This document shows positions 60,044 through 64,000 of a DNA stretch of 64,000 nt, piece after piece. The DNA is taken from positions 14,756,001 through 14,820,000 of the forward strand of contig CM120649.1 of the NCBI GenBank assembly GCA_051362555.1, read 5' to 3'. The notes under the pieces were generated by a model. That model was not told the DNA's origin, did no database searches, and worked only from the letters and a program-made list of their open reading frames with translations. Made by a program: the position numbers and the translations under genes. The number at the start of each line of letters is the position of its first letter. Positions within the stretch are counted from its first letter, which is position 1. This DNA is from Lingula anatina. Its lineage: Eukaryota > Animalia > Brachiopoda.

Positions 60044-61739
60044 TTAAGCTTCATCAACTTATCTTTATACTTCTGACCCTATTTTGACAGAAGTGGCAGA
60101 ACCTTTGTTGGAGGAAGCAGAAGGACAAAGGAGGAAAAACATACTTTGGAATGACCAAAAAAAAAAAAAAAAAAACTTTATCAACACAAGCATCACTACA
60201 TAAACAATCCCGCCTTGCATTAAGAAGCAGAGTTAACTTAATAAAGCACAGTACACATAGTTCTAGCACTGTCACCACTGGTAACAAAGCAAACCAGGAA
60301 AGATATGGCCCAATCTGTAATCATTTCATTGATATACTCACATACACATAGAAGTCAATTCTGTATCGTTTTTTATGATGTCATCAGCACTTTGGTTTGG
60401 TTTCAAATACTGGTAGTTATTTGTTAGGTTGACTGTCAGCTAAAGCAGTTCAAAATTTTCATACAGTGTTTTTCTGATATCAAACTGGGTAAAAAAAAGT
60501 AGTACTTTTTCCTTCTTCTTGAATCAATACTCATTCCTTGATGAAAATGCTATAGATAGACATTGACATATTGGAGTTAGAAAGCAAACGAAGGCTATAA
60601 CATAACAGAATAAAATTGCTTCCTGCTAAGCTGATGTACTGGTAATTTTCCTGAACAAGCTGGCTGATGACAACAATAAAACCATACAAGATCTGTTTTT
60701 AGTATTTGTTTCAGATTTCTACAATATTCGTATTGAGGCAATGTGTACCATAAGCTCATACATGCAAAGCTTACAAAATGCGATCAAAAACAAAACGTCT
60801 TCAGTGCATTATAGTACTGGTATTTGATGCAATACTCTGATGATGAAATCATATATGGCAGGAAGTTTTATTTTATTGGAAAATGCACTCATGTAACAGT
60901 GTGGACATCATATACACACTGTCAAGTAATATTAAATATTTTCACTGCAGGGGGTGTGGGTGAAGATTAATATTTGGAAAAAAAAAATGTACAATTATAT
61001 TTGTGTTGGACAGTACCTAGGCTCAGGCTAGCCAGTGAAATATTTGCCATATGATCGAAAAATTACTTAGGGTACCAAAAGTAAAAACTGTGTTTTGAAG
61101 TTTTGCACAAATTCACCAATTTCTTGAGAAGAAAATAGACTATCTGGCTATACAAATATGCTAGAATGAGCACTCGGTACCAGATACTATTATAGGCAAG
61201 TGTTACCTTATACCCCTTGATATACAAAATGAATTTTTCCCTTGCATTATTTTTCTATGTAAAGGAAGAGTTCATATTGATACCAAGGGTGTAGCAACTG
61301 CTGTACCTGCATTGCCTTAGCGGGAATGCGGATAGGCTAGACAAAGACAAAAATTGTATATTAACAGTTTGGAAAAAGTAACAAATGAAAAAAAAAGGAA
61401 AACATGACACAGTTAAGTGATTACAGTTACTAGCTAAGTACAGTAATGCAGATATCTAGTATTACACAATTGCAGTGTTGACCAAGGTAGATGAGAAATG
61501 CAAGGAGTGCCAACAATTATTGTGAAATATATGTACACATCAGTTATAGATATTGAAATTGCCATCAGCAGGGATCTAAAGGAATCTTCAGACCCAGGGA
61601 ATATGCATGGTTTCAAGCTGTTTATTTCAGCAACTAGATATTCTGGTCAATATAATACTGGTCAATATAAGATGAACTCTTATAAAAGTAATACTACCTA
61701 AATTAAACTACCTAAAATAAAGTTATTTACTGACAAATA

Positions 61740-61794
<55 letters not shown>

Positions 61795-61796
61795 AT
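61740..61796. repeat. (TAAA)n microsatellite
   Basis: Direct reading. Confidence 0.95.
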
Positions 61797-62429
61797 ATGT
61801 AATGGGAGGGTGTTGAGGATACTAATGGTTAAATTTTGGTGGAACCAAAATATCTACATATATGCTGGTTATGAGGGGTTATCTTTATTTTAGCTTTTAA
61901 GTCTTCAAAAGACAGCTCTGGACTCCCATCCTCTGAAAACTGATCAGTTTTTTTGACTCTCATCCTGTGGTTCAGACATTTTGCATTCAACCAGTCTATT
62001 TCCTGCATTCTACCAGGATAGCACAGAGATTTTATATTATATATACTGCCTGCAGAGAGAAAAACACTTTTAGTTAAAATGATGTTGAATGTGGCCTTAA
62101 TCCTATGACGATTCAACATGCAATATTATCAAGACTCTATCACCATGGTAACAGAGTCCTGGGGTTATCAACAAAGTTGCATTAGTACTGTATGATATCA
62201 TGCAAGTTAAAAAAACATAAAAATTGCCAGCCAAGAACAATAATTACAGCATTGTGATAAATCTTATTTTTTATACATAACCTGAAATAACATCTATATA
62301 ATGTTAAAAAATACAAGAACCTGGGTAGTAACACAGGTACCATCACTGGTTTGAACAATATTTTAACAGAACATACATATGTCAGCCAATGATGAGGGTT
62401 ACCAGTACAATAGTAGTCTATTCCAGCAC

Positions 62430-62460
<31 letters not shown>

Positions 62461-64000
62461 TTGGTGTTTTAAATGTGTATACTTGCCTGCAGTTTGCGGC
62501 TACACATGTACTTCTGTGATGCCATCATAAGTGAGATGCACTTTAGAAAAAGATCAGTTGTATGGGTCTTTCAGTTAACCAGTCTTAAGTCAAACTGTTG
62601 TATTTCACCCTTAATCACTCTCTTTGTTAGATGTTTCTCATTTTATATATAAAACAACTATATATAAACTTCCTCAATGCACTTTCATTTTTCTCCAGAA
62701 AATCCTTTGAACAACATATTTAGCCAAATTCTCTCAAATTATGAAAAATGTACAAGTAGGCATCAGAGCTAATATCCCTGGAGTATTCCTGATTCCGTTG
62801 ATCCGTCAGTTATATCGCTCACTTAAAGGCCTATATTCACTACTCCTAATATAATATTCATAACACATCAACTCCACATCCACTGAAGAGCTTCTGTGTA
62901 GAAATCCTCTGAGATTTCTGTCAAGAGCTTTCTGTCAATAGTATACCATAATTTCTGTATACAATCATATTAACTCCCAGAGTATATACACTGTGAGTGG
63001 GAGTAAATCATGGATCTCACTTGCTAAAATATTCAAAAAATTGTTTCAATTCCATGGTACCCCACATTTGCCTCTTAAGTCAAGGGTGTTCTCCCAATAT
63101 ATACAGATTATCTGAATATATTTTTCTAGGCTCACAAACGCCAAAGGATGATTACCATAACTATATTACCATGACGACTTTGAGTTATCCTCATAGTTCT
63201 TTAATGCATGAAGGTTGACGTTGACTATAACTGCTTTGCCTGACAAGAGTTTGACTCGCCCAATCCCTGGAGCCCCGAGCCCCAGATCAAGAAGCTACGA
63301 AAAGCAGTGTCATATTCTACATAGGTGTCAGATCCTACCTCCACATAATGGAAAACCTGTCAATCTCTATCTTCTTTCTTCTCTGTGGTTATCCAACAGT
63401 TTTGTACAGCACTGAAAATGTTCACCGTCTTCTAAATGCCATCATATCAGAAACACTATCCCAGCTCCATAAATAAATGACTAACAATACATACTTCTGT
63501 TTCTTCTACCCTTTGACAATATTATGTGTTTCAAATATTGTTCGTATCAGTGCAGAGCCTTCAGCAAGACATGCAAAGGCCGCAATGTTACCCATGCACT
63601 GCCAATCTTTACGATCGTCCAGATACACTATCATTTGAACAGACGCTAAGAGAGCCCTTAACAATGCGTACCAACCTTCAAGAATCCATTCCACTAGCAC
63701 AGCTGGCTAATTTTGAATCAAATGAACATGTCTGCGTTTTCCAATAATTGCACACATCAATTACTGCTTATTTCCACATTCAAGTAGCCATACAGGAATA
63801 CCACTGTCATTTCCGTGCCTCTTCCCTGCAATATGTCAGAAGCACTGCATCTAAAGACCAATTTTCCTGATGTTATATTTACTTGGCTATCTGTGCTTAT
63901 AGACATCGTAGAAACTAGGAATTAAAGCTGTTAAGTCCCACAGCGAGTCATTTTTTTCAAATCAACCTCAATCAACCACACTGAAGTTCAGAGTGCCAAG

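Noticed and set aside
61829-62119. Candidate first coding exon of PCYT1
   Set aside because: No convincing phase-0 donor to join 59460 and no CCT N-terminal similarity
63506-63700. VQMIVYLDD as a reverse transcriptase YxDD motif
   Set aside because: The following residues (RKDWQ) do not fit and no upstream RT motifs are recognisable

Overview
AT-rich animal genomic DNA, probably a marine invertebrate such as a mollusc (taxon is an inference). It holds three spliced genes that the ORF track only catches in fragments. (1) On +, a 5'-incomplete gene (10 exons, 408-26107) for a single-pass membrane protein with an EYS (eyes shut)-type N-terminal domain, 7 EGF repeats, a TM helix and a short tail. 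(2) On -, a complete 7-exon gene (50124-38544) for a 217-aa four-TM LAPTM/DUF4728-like protein with a PPxY tail. (3) On -, PCYT1 (CTP:phosphocholine cytidylyltransferase; 7 exons seen, 59460-52533, first coding exon not found). Genes 1 and 2 converge, and their shared 3' region is tandemly duplicated (25320-34297 / 34298-47950), so each gene has a second intact set of terminal exons. The two units differ by TE presence/absence, giving filled and empty sites. Mobile DNA: two copies of a Helentron-type (HINE) element with a 146-bp satellite, a second HINE family, a decayed Sola3-like transposon (TTAA TSD) with a nested foldback element (8-bp TSD), several PIF/Harbinger-type MITEs and a 20-bp P-element-like footprint. 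No prokaryotic systems, CRISPR, tRNA or rRNA seen. Family assignments are from remembered motifs, not database searches.
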